A stretch of 64,000 bases of DNA from Eubacteriales bacterium. Its GTDB lineage: Bacteria > Bacillota > Clostridia > Oscillospirales > CAG-272. Location: contig JBJDZG010000012.1 of assembly GCA_051867875.1 (NCBI GenBank), positions 98 through 64,097 of the forward strand, in the 5' to 3' direction. Shown here one piece after another: positions 1-11,291 of the stretch. Under the pieces are notes generated by a model. That model did no database searches and was not told where the DNA came from. It was given only the letters and a program-made list of their open reading frames with translations. The position numbers and the translations under genes were made by a program. Position 1 is the first letter of the stretch. Each line of letters begins with the position of its first letter.

Positions 1-1
1 C

Positions 2-361
2 AGAAAGGCTTACGAAGCAATTATCAAGGGTCAGAACATTCCCACTCCCGGAGTTCCCGAGTCCTTCAAGGTACTTGTTAAGGAGCTTCAGTCCCTTGCA
101 CTTGACATTCGTGTGCTTGACGAGGACGGCAACGAGATTGAACTCAACACACTCTGCGCTGAGGAAGAAACTCCCGTTTACTCCACAAGAGCGTTCAATC
201 TTTCCGCTGAGGACGACGATTTCGAGGAATATATTGAAACGGACGACGTTTCCGATAATTTCATTATCAGGGACGAGGACGATACAACAGGCAGCGGTGA
301 TTTGTTCGGTGACGTTTATACAGACGACTATTCCGACGATTACGGCGATGATGATAACTAA
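2..361 (+). CDS. rpoB: DNA-directed RNA polymerase subunit beta, C-terminal fragment (5' end lies outside the window)
   Basis: Frame-2 translation [47 protein letters not shown] matches the conserved RpoB C-terminus. It ends in a long D/E-rich tail, and rpoC starts 22 nt downstream. Confidence 0.9.
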   Translation, partial: RKAYEAIIKGQNIPTPGVPESFKVLVKELQSLALDIRVLDEDGNEIELNTLCAEEETPVYSTRAFNLSAEDDDFEEYIETDDVSDNFIIRDEDDTTGSGDLFGDVYTDDYSDDYGDDDN

Positions 362-382
362 TTTGGGAAAGGAGATATTACT

Positions 383-3300
383 TTGGAACACAATGAATTT
401 AATTCCATAAAAATAGGTCTTGCATCTCCCGAAATGATAAGAGAATGGTCCTACGGCGAGGTTACGAAGCCCGAGACCATTAACTACAGAACACTTAAAG
501 CAGAAGTTGGCGGCCTTTTCTGCGAGCGTATCTTTGGTCCTACCAAGGACGGCGCTTGTATGTGCGGTAAGTACAAGAATATGCACAACAAGGGCGTTCA
601 CAAATGCGAAAAGTGTGGTGTAGATGTTACAACCAAAAAGGTAAGACGTGAAAGAATGGGACATATCGAGCTTGCAACTCCCATCTCTCACATTTGGTAT
701 TTTAAGGCTATCCCTGCGAGAATGCCCCTCGTTCTCGATATTTCTCCCAAGCATCTTGAACAGGTGCTCTACTTTGCGGAGAACGTAGTGCTTGACGGCG
801 GCGATACCCCTCTTCAGAAGGGTATGGTACTCGGCGAGAAGCAGTACGCCGAGTATCGTGAAATGTACGGTAATGCGTTCAGAACGGGCATGGGAGCAGA
901 GGCTATTAAGGAGCTGCTTGCGGGCGTTGATATCAACGAACTTTCCGCAGAACTCAAAAGAGAGCTCCTTACAGCCAAGGGACAGAAGAAAACGAGAATC
1001 ATCAAGCGTCTTGAGGTAGTTGAGGCGTTCCGTAAGTCCGGCAACAAGCTTGAATGGATGATTCTTGACGTTATTCCCGTCCTTCCTCCCGATATTCGTC
1101 CCATGGTACAGCTCGACGGCGGAAGATTTGCTTCCTCCGACCTCAACGAGCTCTACCGCAGAGTCATCAGCCGCAACAACAGACTTAAAAAGCTCCTTGA
1201 AATCCGCACGCCCGAAATCGTTATCAGAAACGAAAAGCGTATGCTTCAGGAAGCAGTTGACGCACTTATCGACAACGGCCGCCGCGGCAAGCCCGTAACG
1301 GGTCCCTCCAACCGTCCTCTCAAATCTCTTTCCGAGATGTTAAGAGGTAAGCAGGGACGTTTCCGTCAGAACCTTCTCGGTAAGCGTGTTGACTATTCGG
1401 GCCGTTCCGTTATCGTCGTAGGTCCCAACCTCAAGATTTATCAGTGCGGTCTTCCCAAGGAAATGGCTCTTGAACTCTTCAAGCCCTTCATCGTTAAACG
1501 CCTCACGGAAATGCAGAAGGCTACAAACGTAAAGGACGCACAGAAGAAGATTGACAAGGCATATATGTATCCCGAAGTCTGGGACGCTCTTGAAAACGTT
1601 ATCAAGGAGCACCCCGTAATGCTCAACCGTGCACCCACGCTTCACCGTCTGTCCATTCAGGCGTTCGAGCCCGTGCTCGTTGAGGGACGCGCAATCAAGC
1701 TTCACCCCCTCGTATGTCCTGCATTCAACGCGGACTTCGACGGCGACCAGATGCCCGTTCACGTACCGCTTTCAGCAGAGGCTCAGGCTGAGGCAAGGTT
1801 CCTTATGCTCTCTGCAAATAACCTTCTTAAACCCGTTGACGGACGTGCAGTTACGGTTCCGTCACAGGATATGATTCTCGGTTCTTACTATCTTACTATG
1901 GATAAGCCCGGCGAGCCCGGAGAGGGAATGGTATTCCGCAACTTTGACGAGGCTGTTATGGCTTACGAAAACAAGGTTCTCGGACTTCACGCTCCCATAA
2001 AAGTAAGAGTTGAAAAGGAAATAGACGGCGAAATCCGCTCCAAAGTCATTGACGCAACGCTCGGACGTCTTATCTTCAACCGAGCTATTCCTCAGAATCT
2101 CGGCTTCGTTGACAGAACCGACCCCGAAAAGGCGTTTGACCTTGAAATTATGTTCGTCATCAAGAAGAAAGAGCTCGGTCAGCTTATCGACAGATGTATC
2201 AAGTACAACGGTACTCCCGTCTGCGCTGATATGCTTGACAGCATCAAGGAAATGGGTTACAAGTATTCAACTCGCGCTTCCTTCTCAATCTCCGTTTACG
2301 ACATGACGATTCCCCAGGAAAAGAAGCCCATGATTGCAGAGGCTGAAAAGAAGGTTGAAACCATTCGCAAGCACTACAACCGCGGTATGCTTTCCGAGGA
2401 AGAACGCTACAACAGCGTAGTCAAGATTTGGGAACAGACGACCAAAGACGTTACGGATGCTCTCCAAAAGAGCTTTGACACATACAATCCCATTAAGATA
2501 ATGTCCGACTCCGGTGCCCGCGGTTCTATACAGCAGATGCGTCAGCTCGCAGGTATGCGCGGACTTATGTTTGCGGCAAACGGTAAGACTATTGAGCTTC
2601 CCATCAAATCCAACTTCCGTGAAGGTCTTAACATTACCGAATACTTTATGGGTGCGCGCGGTTCGCGTAAGTCACTTTCCGATACGGCTCTCCGTACGGC
2701 TGACTCCGGTTATCTTACACGCCGTCTTGTTGACGTATCTCAGGACGTTATCGTTACCGAAGAGAAATGCGATACGACGAAGGGTGCTTGGGTAAGTGAA
2801 AACGTTGACACGAAAGAGGGCAACATTCTTGAAACGCTCAGCGACAGAATCGTAGGCAGATACACCATAGGCGAAATCCGCAACCCCGAAACGAACGAAA
2901 TTATCGTCGGCGACGACGAGATGATTTCCGACGAGCAGGCAAAGGCTATCGAAAAAGCAGGCATCAAGAGAGTATATATACGTTCTCTTATCCAGTGCCA
3001 TGCTAAACACGGCGTTTGCGCTCACTGCTACGGCGCAGACCTTGCTTCCGGCAAGAAAGTAAGCGTCGGCGAGGCGGTCGGTATCATTGCCGCACAGTCC
3101 ATCGGTGAACCCGGTACACAGCTTACGATGCGTACGTTCCACTCCGGCGGTGTCGCAGGAAGCGATATCACGCAAGGTCTTCCCAGAGTAGAGGAGCTCT
3201 TTGAGGCTCGCCAGCCCAAGAAGGCTGCTATTATGACTGAACACAGCGGTATTGCTCATGTTCAGCTCGGCGAAAACGCTAATGTTCACGACGTCTTTAT

Positions 3301-3967
3301 TACAAGTGAAGAAACGGGTGAGCAGGTTAAATATGCTATTCCTTACGGTATCAAGCTCGCTATCGTTGACGGTCAGCACGTAACTCGCGGTCAGGCGCTT
3401 ACAGAAGGAAGCAAGGCCCCCGCGGATATCCTTCGTATTCTCGGACTTGATGAGGTTTACTCCTACATCATCACCGAAACACAGAAGGTTTACAGAGGTC
3501 AGTCCGTTTCCGTTAACGACAAGCACATTGAGATAATCGCCCGTCAGATGACGAGAAAGGTAAGAGTTGAAGACGCAGGCAACACGGAGCTTCTCTCCGG
3601 CTCGGTCGTTGATATCTCCGAGTTTGAAGCCGAAAACAACAAGGTTCAGGCTCGCATTGACGCGGGCGAAATCGACCTCGTTCTTGCAACTTCAAGCCCC
3701 GTGCTTCTCGGTATCACGAAGGCGGCTCTTGCAACAGAGTCCTTCCTCTCTGCCGCTTCCTTCCAGGAAACGACGAGAGTTCTTACGGATGCTGCTACAA
3801 ACGGCAAGATTGACCACCTTCGCGGCCTTAAGGAGAACGTTATTATCGGTAAGCTCATTCCCGCAGGTACGGGCATGAAGTGCTACCACAACATTAACGT
3901 AAGAGCGGTTGAAGCTCCCACTCCCAAAGCAGCGGAAGAATTTGAAGCGGTTGAAACTGCCGATTAA
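383..3967 (+). CDS. rpoC: DNA-directed RNA polymerase subunit beta'
   Basis: 1194 aa. It carries the NADFDGDQM catalytic motif, a zinc-finger cysteine cluster near the N-terminus and a [11 protein letters not shown] motif. It sits directly after rpoB. Confidence 0.98.
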   Translation: MEHNEFNSIKIGLASPEMIREWSYGEVTKPETINYRTLKAEVGGLFCERIFGPTKDGACMCGKYKNMHNKGVHKCEKCGVDVTTKKVRRERMGHIELATPISHIWYFKAIPARMPLVLDISPKHLEQVLYFAENVVLDGGDTPLQKGMVLGEKQYAEYREMYGNAFRTGMGAEAIKELLAGVDINELSAELKRELLTAKGQKKTRIIKRLEVVEAFRKSGNKLEWMILDVIPVLPPDIRPMVQLDGGRFASSDLNELYRRVISRNNRLKKLLEIRTPEIVIRNEKRMLQEAVDALIDNGRRGKPVTGPSNRPLKSLSEMLRGKQGRFRQNLLGKRVDYSGRSVIVVGPNLKIYQCGLPKEMALELFKPFIVKRLTEMQKATNVKDAQKKIDKAYMYPEVWDALENVIKEHPVMLNRAPTLHRLSIQAFEPVLVEGRAIKLHPLVCPAFNADFDGDQMPVHVPLSAEAQAEARFLMLSANNLLKPVDGRAVTVPSQDMILGSYYLTMDKPGEPGEGMVFRNFDEAVMAYENKVLGLHAPIKVRVEKEIDGEIRSKVIDATLGRLIFNRAIPQNLGFVDRTDPEKAFDLEIMFVIKKKELGQLIDRCIKYNGTPVCADMLDSIKEMGYKYSTRASFSISVYDMTIPQEKKPMIAEAEKKVETIRKHYNRGMLSEEERYNSVVKIWEQTTKDVTDALQKSFDTYNPIKIMSDSGARGSIQQMRQLAGMRGLMFAANGKTIELPIKSNFREGLNITEYFMGARGSRKSLSDTALRTADSGYLTRRLVDVSQDVIVTEEKCDTTKGAWVSENVDTKEGNILETLSDRIVGRYTIGEIRNPETNEIIVGDDEMISDEQAKAIEKAGIKRVYIRSLIQCHAKHGVCAHCYGADLASGKKVSVGEAVGIIAAQSIGEPGTQLTMRTFHSGGVAGSDITQGLPRVEELFEARQPKKAAIMTEHSGIAHVQLGENANVHDVFITSEETGEQVKYAIPYGIKLAIVDGQHVTRGQALTEGSKAPADILRILGLDEVYSYIITETQKVYRGQSVSVNDKHIEIIARQMTRKVRVEDAGNTELLSGSVVDISEFEAENNKVQARIDAGEIDLVLATSSPVLLGITKAALATESFLSAASFQETTRVLTDAATNGKIDHLRGLKENVIIGKLIPAGTGMKCYHNINVRAVEAPTPKAAEEFEAVETAD

Positions 3968-3981
3968 TCAATCAAAAAATC

Positions 3982-4019
3982 CCCAACACTCCGAAAAAGC
4001 GGAGTGTTGGGCTATTTTT
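3982..4019 (+). terminator. Rho-independent terminator after rpoC
   Basis: Stem cccaacactccg / cggagtgttggg with an aaaaag loop, followed by a T-rich tract. Confidence 0.8.
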
Positions 4020-4121
4020 AGGTGAAAAGTTATAAAACTTTGTCTAAACACTACAAAAAATGAGAATAATTTTTGTATATATTATGCAAAGTGCTAAAAA
4101 ATGCGAAAAAAATAATTTTTC

Positions 4122-4150
4122 TTGACAAAGCGATTGAAAAATGCTATAAT
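4122..4150 (+). promoter_or_regulatory. sigma-A type promoter of the str operon
   Basis: TTGACA (4122-4127), 17-nt spacer, TATAAT (4145-4150). It lies about 110 nt upstream of rpsL. Confidence 0.7.
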
Positions 4151-4263
4151 AAACTGTAATTGTTTGCGAATTTATAAGCTTTTGCAGACGGTTTTATTAT
4201 GACAGTATCACGCCTTACGGTGTGTCTGTATAAACATTAAATTTTTGAAGAAGGAGGAAGAAA

Positions 4264-4680
4264 ATGCCAACCTTTAACCAGCTTGTAAGACAGGGACGCA
4301 GTGAGAAGGTTTACAAGTCCAAAGCACCCGTGCTTCAGAAGGGCTTTAACACACTTCACAACGAGCCTACCGACCAGCACGCACCTCAGAAAAGAGGAGT
4401 TTGCACGAAGGTATCTACGACAACACCCAAGAAGCCTAACTCTGCTCTTCGTAAGATAGCGAGAGTAAGACTTACAAACGGTCTTGAAGTTACTACCTAC
4501 ATTCCCGGTATCGGACACAACTTGCAGGAACACTCCGTTGTCCTCATCAGAGGCGGAAGAGTAAGAGACCTGCCCGGTGTACGTTATCACATTATCCGCG
4601 GTACACTCGACGCACAGGGCGTTGCGAACCGTAACCAGAGCCGTTCCAAATACGGTGCAAAGAGACCGAAGAAGAAATAA
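4264..4680 (+). CDS. rpsL: 30S ribosomal protein S12
   Basis: 138 aa starting [12 protein letters not shown], with [20 protein letters not shown] lies upstream. Confidence 0.98.
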   Translation: MPTFNQLVRQGRSEKVYKSKAPVLQKGFNTLHNEPTDQHAPQKRGVCTKVSTTTPKKPNSALRKIARVRLTNGLEVTTYIPGIGHNLQEHSVVLIRGGRVRDLPGVRYHIIRGTLDAQGVANRNQSRSKYGAKRPKKK

Positions 4681-4810
4681 TCGGTCAGACAACAAGGTAT
4701 AAAGCAAAATATTCGCTCGTCCGAAGAGCTGCATAAATTTAATGTTTAAGGCAGACCACGCCGACGCGCATTGACAGAAGAAATGCTTTTGAGTACCAAT
4801 GATTTCATAA

Positions 4811-5305
<495 letters not shown>

Positions 5306-5323
5306 TTTTGAAGGAGACTTACA

Positions 5324-7444
5324 ATGCCAAGAGAATACTCGCTTGAAAAGACAAGAAATATCGGTATTATGGCCCATATCGACGCAGGTAAGACCACAAC
5401 CACTGAGCGTATCTTGTTCTACACAGGTAAGACTCATAAAATCGGTGAGACACACGAAGGTTCTGCTACAATGGACTGGATGGTACAGGAGCAGGAGCGC
5501 GGTATCACAATCACCTCCGCTGCTACTACCTGCTATTGGGCAAAATCCGAATTTCATAACGATGCAGCCGCAACGAAGGCTAATACGCATCGTATAAACA
5601 TTATCGACACTCCCGGACACGTTGACTTCACAGTTGAAGTTGAGCGTTCACTCCGTGTACTTGACGGTGCAGTAACCGTTCTCTGTGCAAAGGGCGGTGT
5701 TGAACCCCAGTCTGAAACCGTTTGGCGTCAGGCTGACAAATACCATGTTCCCCGTATGTGCTACGTAAACAAGATGGACATTAACGGTGCGAACTTCTAC
5801 CGCGTCGTTCAGATGCTTAAGGACAGGCTTCATGCCAATGCGGTTCCGATTCAGCTCCCCATCGGTGCTGAGATGGAATTCAGAGGCATTATCGACCTTA
5901 TGGACATGAAGGCTGACGTTTACTACGACGAACTCGGTAAGGATATGAGAATTGAAGAAATCCCCGCTGATATGCTTGAACAAGCCGAAAAGTATCACGA
6001 AGCAATGGTTGAGTCCATTTGCGAAACAGACGAGGACCTCTTCATGAAGTACTGCGAGGGTGAGGAGGTTACCGTCGCAGAGCTTAAAGCAGCGCTCAGA
6101 AAAGCTACAATCGAAAATAAGATTGTTCCCGTTATCTGCGGAACGTCTTACAGAAACAAGGGTGTTCAGAAGCTCCTTGACGCTATCGTTGAGTACATGC
6201 CTTCTCCTCTTGACATTCCCGCTATCAAGGGTGTAAACCCCGATACGGAAGAGGAAACGGACAGACCCGCAAGCGATGAAGCTCCTTTCTCAGCTCTCGC
6301 ATTCAAGATTATGACAGACCCCTACGTTGGTAAGCTCTGCTTCTTCCGCGTTTACTCCGGTAGCGTAAATGCAGGTACTAACGTATACAACTCCTCAAAG
6401 AATAAGTACGAGAGATTCGGACGTATTCTTCAGATGCACGCCAATGACCGTAAGGATATTGACGTTTGCTACTCCGGTGACATTGCGGCTGTCGTATCTA
6501 CAAAGTATACAACAACGGGTGATACGTTCTGCGACCCCAAGAATCCCGTAATTCTTGAGTCCATGGAATTCCCCGAGCCCGTTATCAGTGTTGCTATTGA
6601 ACCCAAGACTCGCGCAGGTCAGGAAAAGATGGGCATCGCTCTTGCAAAGCTTGCTGAAGAGGACCCCACATTCCGTACCTACACGGACGAGGAGACCGGT
6701 CAGACAATTATTGCCGGTATGGGTGAGCTTCACCTTGAAATCATCGTTGACCGTTTGCTTCGTGAGTTTAAGGTAGAAGCCAACATCGGTAAGCCTCAGG
6801 TTGCATACAAGGAGACCGTTCGCAAGAAGGTTGACCACGAATGCAAGTACAAGAAGCAGTCCGGTGGTTCCGGTCAGTACGGACACGTTAAGATTACTCT
6901 TGAACCCAACGAACCCGGCAAGGGTTACGAATTTGTTAACGCAGTTACAGGCGGTGCTATTCCGAAGGAATACATCGAGCCCGTTAACCAGGGTATTCAG
7001 GGTGCTATGCAGAACGGTGTTCTTGCGGGCTACAACGTTGTTGACGTTAAGGTTACTCTTTACGACGGTTCTTACCACGAGGTTGACTCCTCTGAAATGG
7101 CATTCAAGATTACAGGTTCTATGGCATTCAAGGAAGCAATGCGTAAGGCAGACCCCGTTCTTACAGAGCCCATCGTTAAGGTTGTTACTATTACCCCCGA
7201 GGATTACCTTGGCGACGTAATCGGTGACATCAACTCCCGCCGCGGACAGATTCAGTCCATGGAGCCCGGAAACGGTGCTACGGAGATAACGTCTTTCGTT
7301 CCCCTTTCCGAAATGTTCGGATACGCAACAGACCTTCGTTCCAAGAGCCAAGGTCGTGCTCAGTACTCTATGGAGCCCAGCCACTTCGCAGAAGTGCCTA
7401 AGTCCATTCAGGAAGGTATTATTACTTCTCGTGCTAAGAAGTAA
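5324..7444 (+). CDS. fusA: translation elongation factor G
   Basis: 706 aa with [16 protein letters not shown] and [13 protein letters not shown] GTPase motifs. It occupies the str-operon position. Confidence 0.97.
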   Translation: MPREYSLEKTRNIGIMAHIDAGKTTTTERILFYTGKTHKIGETHEGSATMDWMVQEQERGITITSAATTCYWAKSEFHNDAAATKANTHRINIIDTPGHVDFTVEVERSLRVLDGAVTVLCAKGGVEPQSETVWRQADKYHVPRMCYVNKMDINGANFYRVVQMLKDRLHANAVPIQLPIGAEMEFRGIIDLMDMKADVYYDELGKDMRIEEIPADMLEQAEKYHEAMVESICETDEDLFMKYCEGEEVTVAELKAALRKATIENKIVPVICGTSYRNKGVQKLLDAIVEYMPSPLDIPAIKGVNPDTEEETDRPASDEAPFSALAFKIMTDPYVGKLCFFRVYSGSVNAGTNVYNSSKNKYERFGRILQMHANDRKDIDVCYSGDIAAVVSTKYTTTGDTFCDPKNPVILESMEFPEPVISVAIEPKTRAGQEKMGIALAKLAEEDPTFRTYTDEETGQTIIAGMGELHLEIIVDRLLREFKVEANIGKPQVAYKETVRKKVDHECKYKKQSGGSGQYGHVKITLEPNEPGKGYEFVNAVTGGAIPKEYIEPVNQGIQGAMQNGVLAGYNVVDVKVTLYDGSYHEVDSSEMAFKITGSMAFKEAMRKADPVLTEPIVKVVTITPEDYLGDVIGDINSRRGQIQSMEPGNGATEITSFVPLSEMFGYATDLRSKSQGRAQYSMEPSHFAEVPKSIQEGIITSRAKK

Positions 7445-7499
7445 AATATAAAAATAAAAAAACAAAAAAATTATTTCATTATAATGGAGGATTTTTACA

Positions 7500-8702
7500 A
7501 TGGCAAAAGCTACATTTGAACGCACAAAGCCCCACGTAAACATTGGTACCATCGGTCACGTTGACCACGGTAAAACAACTCTTACTGCTGCTATCACAAA
7601 GACACTCTCCCTCCTTAACGGATCCGAGTTCCTTGATTACAGCCAGATCGACAACTGCCCCGAGGAAAGAGCTCGTGGTATCACAATCAACTCTCGTCAC
7701 GTTGAGTACGAGACAAACAACAGACACTATGCACACGTTGACTGCCCCGGACACGCAGACTACGTTAAGAACATGATTACAGGTGCTGCTCAGATGGACG
7801 GCGCTATCCTCGTTGTTGCAGGTACAGACGGACCTCTTGCACAGACAAGAGAGCACGTTCTTCTTGCTCGTCAGGTAGGCGTTCCCGCACTTGTAGTATT
7901 CATGAACAAGACAGACCTCGTTGATGATGATGAGCTTCTCGACCTCGTAGAGATGGAGATCCGTGATCTTCTTTCTTCCTACGACTTCCCCGGCGACGAT
8001 ATCCCCGTAATCCGCGGTTCTGCTCGTAACGCTCTTGAAACATCAAGCACAGACCTTTCTTCTCCCGAGTTCGCTTGCATTCTTGAACTCATGGATGCAG
8101 TTGATAACTACATTCCCACTCCCGAGCGTCAGGCTGACCTTCCTTTCCTTATGCCCGTTGAGGACGTATTCTCCATCTCCGGCCGTGGTACAGTTGCTAC
8201 AGGTAGAGTTGAGCGTGGTACAGTTAAGGTTGGCGACGTTGTTGAGATCGTTGGTCTTACAGAAGAGAAGAGAAACACAACAGTAACAGGTGTTGAGATG
8301 TTCCACAAGCTCCTTCCTCAGGCTGAGGCAGGCGACAACATCGGTGCACTTCTTCGTGGTGTTGCTAAGGACGAAATCGAAAGAGGACAGGTTCTTGCTA
8401 AGCCCGGCTCCGTTCACCCCCACACAAAGTTCGTAGGTCACGTTTACGTACTTACTGAAAAAGAGGGTGGCCGTTCCAAGCCCTTCTTCGCAGGTTACAG
8501 ACCTCAGTTCTATTTCAGAACAACAGACGTTACAGGTACAATCCAGCTCCCCGCAGGCGTTGAGATGTGCCGCCCCGGCGATAACGTTGATATGACAGTT
8601 GAGCTTATCACACCTATCGCTTGTGAGAACGGTCTTCGTTTTGCTATCCGTGAGGGTGGTAGAACAGTTGGTTCCGGCGTCGTTTCCGAAATCATCGAAT
8701 AA
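7500..8702 (+). CDS. tuf: translation elongation factor Tu
   Basis: 400 aa with [21 protein letters not shown] and NKTD motifs. It follows fusA. Confidence 0.97.
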   Translation: MAKATFERTKPHVNIGTIGHVDHGKTTLTAAITKTLSLLNGSEFLDYSQIDNCPEERARGITINSRHVEYETNNRHYAHVDCPGHADYVKNMITGAAQMDGAILVVAGTDGPLAQTREHVLLARQVGVPALVVFMNKTDLVDDDELLDLVEMEIRDLLSSYDFPGDDIPVIRGSARNALETSSTDLSSPEFACILELMDAVDNYIPTPERQADLPFLMPVEDVFSISGRGTVATGRVERGTVKVGDVVEIVGLTEEKRNTTVTGVEMFHKLLPQAEAGDNIGALLRGVAKDEIERGQVLAKPGSVHPHTKFVGHVYVLTEKEGGRSKPFFAGYRPQFYFRTTDVTGTIQLPAGVEMCRPGDNVDMTVELITPIACENGLRFAIREGGRTVGSGVVSEIIE

Positions 8703-8735
8703 TTTAGGACTTATTAATTCTAAATAAACGAAAAA

Positions 8736-8768
8736 GGGGCTGCTGTGAATGCAGCAGCCCCTTAAAAA
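8736..8768 (+). terminator. Rho-independent terminator after tuf
   Basis: ggggctgctg / cagcagcccc stem with a short loop, then an A/T-rich tail. Confidence 0.85.
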
Positions 8769-8796
8769 ATGAATATTTTTTCATTATTTTAATAAT

Positions 8797-8908
8797 ATAT
8801 CTTTGGGGTTTGGTGAAATTCCATACCGACAGTATAGTCTGTGAACGCCTGCGGGCGCCGAGCGGGTGAAATTCCCGCACCGACGGTAAAGTCCGGATGA
8901 GAAAAGAT
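8797..8908 (+). promoter_or_regulatory. FMN (RFN) riboswitch aptamer
   Basis: Two hallmark arms are present: ggtgaaattccataccgacagtatagtctg and gggtgaaattcccgcaccgacggtaaagtccggatgagaaaagat. They are closed by a P1 pairing of tatcttt with aaagata. Confidence 0.85.
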
Positions 8909-8934
8909 AAAATTATAGGATAATTATATCTTAC

Positions 8935-8963
8935 CCGACCTGTTTTTACGGTCGGATTTTTTT
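8935..8963 (+). terminator. Riboswitch expression-platform terminator
   Basis: ccgacc / ggtcgg stem followed by a run of 7 T. It lies between the aptamer and the ribU-like start. Confidence 0.75.
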
Positions 8964-8992
8964 ATCTTACCTCACAATTTTGGAGGAAGAAA

Positions 8993-9700
8993 ATGAAATC
9001 AGCAAAAAATTATGCACAAAGCACTAAAAAACTTACTATCATAGCGATATTTTGCGCTATGGCGTTCGTCGTTTCCGTCATTTTACCGATAAAAGTGATG
9101 TTTTTAACTCTCGATTTTAAGGACAGCATTTCCACTATTTGCGGACTGTTTTTCGGCCCTTCCGCGGGACTTTTCTGCGCGGCGGTCGTTCCGTTTATTG
9201 AATTTACCGTTTCAGATACGGGCGTTTACGGACTTATTATGAATTTTTTGAGCTCTGTTACCTTTGTCGGTATCTCGACGCTCATTTACAAATACAAAAA
9301 GACAATTTCTGGCGCTGTGATAGGACTTGTCAGCGGATCGTTTGCTATGGTTGCGGTTATGCTCGTGGCAAATCTGTTTATCACCCCTCATTTTATGAAT
9401 GCGACCACCGATGCCGTAATAGAGCTTATTCCAAAGCTGATTTTACCCTTTAACCTCGTTAAAACCGTGCTCAACGCAAGTGTTGCGATGCTCATTTACA
9501 AGCCCGTTTCAAAGGTGCTCAAAAGAATGGGCGTTTCAAAGAGTTTTGGCGGAAAAGCGGCGGAGGACGGCGAAAAACAGGCAACCGAAGCGGTTGCAAA
9601 CAGCAAAAACAGAAGCCTTCTCGTAACTATTATCAGCGTTGCCGTAATAACGGTTGCTCTCATCATTCTCTTCGTAGTACTCGGCGGAAAGATTGGATAA
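8993..9700 (+). CDS. ribU: ECF-type S-component, probable riboflavin transporter (RibU-like) with a C-terminal extension
   Basis: 235 aa polytopic membrane protein directly downstream of the FMN riboswitch. The substrate assignment rests on the riboswitch context. Confidence 0.6.
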   Translation: MKSAKNYAQSTKKLTIIAIFCAMAFVVSVILPIKVMFLTLDFKDSISTICGLFFGPSAGLFCAAVVPFIEFTVSDTGVYGLIMNFLSSVTFVGISTLIYKYKKTISGAVIGLVSGSFAMVAVMLVANLFITPHFMNATTDAVIELIPKLILPFNLVKTVLNASVAMLIYKPVSKVLKRMGVSKSFGGKAAEDGEKQATEAVANSKNRSLLVTIISVAVITVALIILFVVLGGKIG

Positions 9701-9721
9701 TATACATAAAAATGAATAAAA

Positions 9722-9761
9722 ATACACATTTCGAATATTATGCGAAATGTGTATTTTTTTA
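9722..9761 (+). terminator. Rho-independent terminator
   Basis: atacacatttcg / cgaaatgtgtat stem followed by a run of 7 T. Confidence 0.8.
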
Positions 9762-9771
9762 TAAAAACCTA

Positions 9772-9800
9772 TTGCAAAATGTAATATAGTGTGATATAAT
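9772..9800 (+). promoter_or_regulatory. sigma-A promoter for the metK leader
   Basis: TTGCAA, 17-nt spacer, TATAAT, with an extended -10 TG (tgtgatataat). Confidence 0.7.
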
Positions 9801-9842
9801 AAGACGGTTAAAATAATATGTGTTGTCGAAAAATCATATATA

Positions 9843-9926
9843 ACTTATCCAGAGTGGCGGAGGGACGTGCCCTGAGAAACCACAGCAACCTACTTTTTGC
9901 AAGGTGCTAATTCCCGAGAGATGAGA
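9843..9926 (+). promoter_or_regulatory. SAM-I (S-box) riboswitch aptamer
   Basis: cttatccagagtggcggagggacgtgccctgagaaaccacagcaacc...ggtgctaattcccgagagatgag matches the S-box core (GAGGGA, GCAACC, GGTGCTAATTCC). P1 pairs cttatc with gatgag. It lies upstream of metK. Confidence 0.85.
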
Positions 9927-9943
9927 TGGAATTTTCTTTTTGC

Positions 9944-9969
9944 TCCCTCGGTATGCCGAGGGCTTTTTT
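9944..9969 (+). terminator. S-box attenuator terminator
   Basis: ccctcgg / ccgaggg stem followed by cTTTTTT. Confidence 0.75.
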
Positions 9970-10026
9970 AGTTGTGATGATATTCGTCAACAGAGATTTA
10001 ATTTGAATTTGAAAGGAATTTGAAAA

Positions 10027-11211
10027 ATGAAGAAGGTACTTTTTACTTCCGAATCCGTAACCGAAGGACATCCCGACAAAATATGCGACAAAATTTCGGA
10101 CGCGGTGCTTGACGCGCTTCTTGCGCAGGACCCCGAAAGCCGCGTTGCTTGCGAAACCTGCTGTACCACGGGACTTGTAATGATTATGGGCGAGATTACC
10201 ACGAAGGCGACTGTTGACTATCAGAAGATAGTCCGCGAAACAGTAAGAGAAATCGGCTACGACCGTGCGAAATACGGCTTTGACTGCGACAGCTGTGCGG
10301 TGCTCAGCTCCGTTCACGAGCAGTCCCCCGACATAGCTCTCGGCGTTGACCGCTCGCTTGAAGCCAAGAACGGCGAGATAGTTGACAAATACGACACGGG
10401 CGCGGGCGACCAGGGACTTATGTTCGGCTTTGCCTGCGACGAAACCCCCGAGCTTATGCCTCTCCCCATCTCTCTTGCTCACAAGCTCGCAAGACAGCTC
10501 ACCGACGTGAGAAAGAATCACACTCTTGAATATCTCCGTCCCGACGGAAAAACTCAGGTAACGGTTGAATATCACGACGACGTGCCCGTTCGCGTTGATA
10601 CCGTCGTTATCTCCACACAGCACTCTGACACCGTTTCGCTTGAAACGATACGGGAGGACCTTATAAAGAACGTTATAGAGCCCATCATTCCCGCAAACCT
10701 CATCGACGGTGATACCAAGATTTACGTCAATCCCACGGGACGTTTCGTTGTGGGCGGACCTGCGGGCGACAGCGGACTTACGGGAAGAAAGATAATCGTT
10801 GATACTTACGGCGGATATTCCCGTCACGGCGGCGGCGCTTTCTCTGGTAAGGACCCGACGAAGGTAGACCGTTCCGCTTGCTATGCGACGAGATATATCG
10901 CTAAAAATATTGTAGCGGCAGGTCTTGCCAAGAAGTGCGAGGTTCAGCTCGCTTATGCTATCGGCGTTGCGAAGCCCGTTTCCGTTATGATTGACACGTT
11001 TGGCACGTCAACAGTTGACGAAAAAGCTATTGCAGAGGCGGTGCAGAAGCACGTTGACCTTCGTCCTGCGGCGATAATCGACCGTTTCGGACTCCGCCGT
11101 CCCATTTACTCCGCGCTTGCGGCTTACGGACACATGGGCCGTGAGGACCTCGGTGTTTCCTGGGAAGCAACCGACCTCGCACCGGTACTTAAAGCAGAGC
11201 TTTTGAAATAA
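10027..11211 (+). CDS. metK: S-adenosylmethionine synthase
   Basis: 394 aa with [16 protein letters not shown] and GAGDQG motifs. Confidence 0.97.
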   Translation: MKKVLFTSESVTEGHPDKICDKISDAVLDALLAQDPESRVACETCCTTGLVMIMGEITTKATVDYQKIVRETVREIGYDRAKYGFDCDSCAVLSSVHEQSPDIALGVDRSLEAKNGEIVDKYDTGAGDQGLMFGFACDETPELMPLPISLAHKLARQLTDVRKNHTLEYLRPDGKTQVTVEYHDDVPVRVDTVVISTQHSDTVSLETIREDLIKNVIEPIIPANLIDGDTKIYVNPTGRFVVGGPAGDSGLTGRKIIVDTYGGYSRHGGGAFSGKDPTKVDRSACYATRYIAKNIVAAGLAKKCEVQLAYAIGVAKPVSVMIDTFGTSTVDEKAIAEAVQKHVDLRPAAIIDRFGLRRPIYSALAAYGHMGREDLGVSWEATDLAPVLKAELLK

Positions 11212-11233
11212 GATAATAAATATATAAGTATAG

Positions 11234-11266
11234 GAATGACCTCAAATTTTTATTTGAGGTCATTCT
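11234..11266 (+). terminator. Hairpin after metK (probable terminator)
   Basis: gaatgacctcaaat / atttgaggtcattc perfect 14-bp stem. The T tail is weak. Confidence 0.6.
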
Positions 11267-11291
11267 GTAAAGAACGAAAGGGGGCGGCGCC

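Noticed and set aside
113-361. The very acidic C-terminal tail of RpoB ([18 protein letters not shown]...[12 protein letters not shown]), considered as a possible separate small acidic protein (the track ORF starts at 113).
   Set aside because: It is in the same frame as the conserved RpoB C-terminus, with no intervening stop and no RBS. It is a tail extension of rpoB, not a separate gene.
2672-3526. Long antisense ORFs opposite strongly supported genes. Examples: 2672..3526 and 1340..1762 opposite rpoC, 4814..5620 opposite rpsG/fusA, 6395..7552 opposite fusA, 9907..10827 opposite metK, 41812..42660 opposite fic, and 48933..50063 opposite the GPH transporter.
   Set aside because: Each lies entirely within a gene whose sense-strand product has unmistakable conserved motifs. 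The antisense products are low-complexity or Cys/Arg/Leu-rich shadows with no RBS. They are typical of codon-biased coding DNA.
5540-5600. EF-G appears to carry a short insertion ([17 protein letters not shown]) before the INIIDTPGH motif. EF-Tu shows a few unusual substitutions ([15 protein letters not shown]).
   Set aside because: Both genes sit in the canonical str operon, are full length and have intact GTPase motifs. The most likely explanation is lineage-specific variation. I cannot evaluate this further without alignments.
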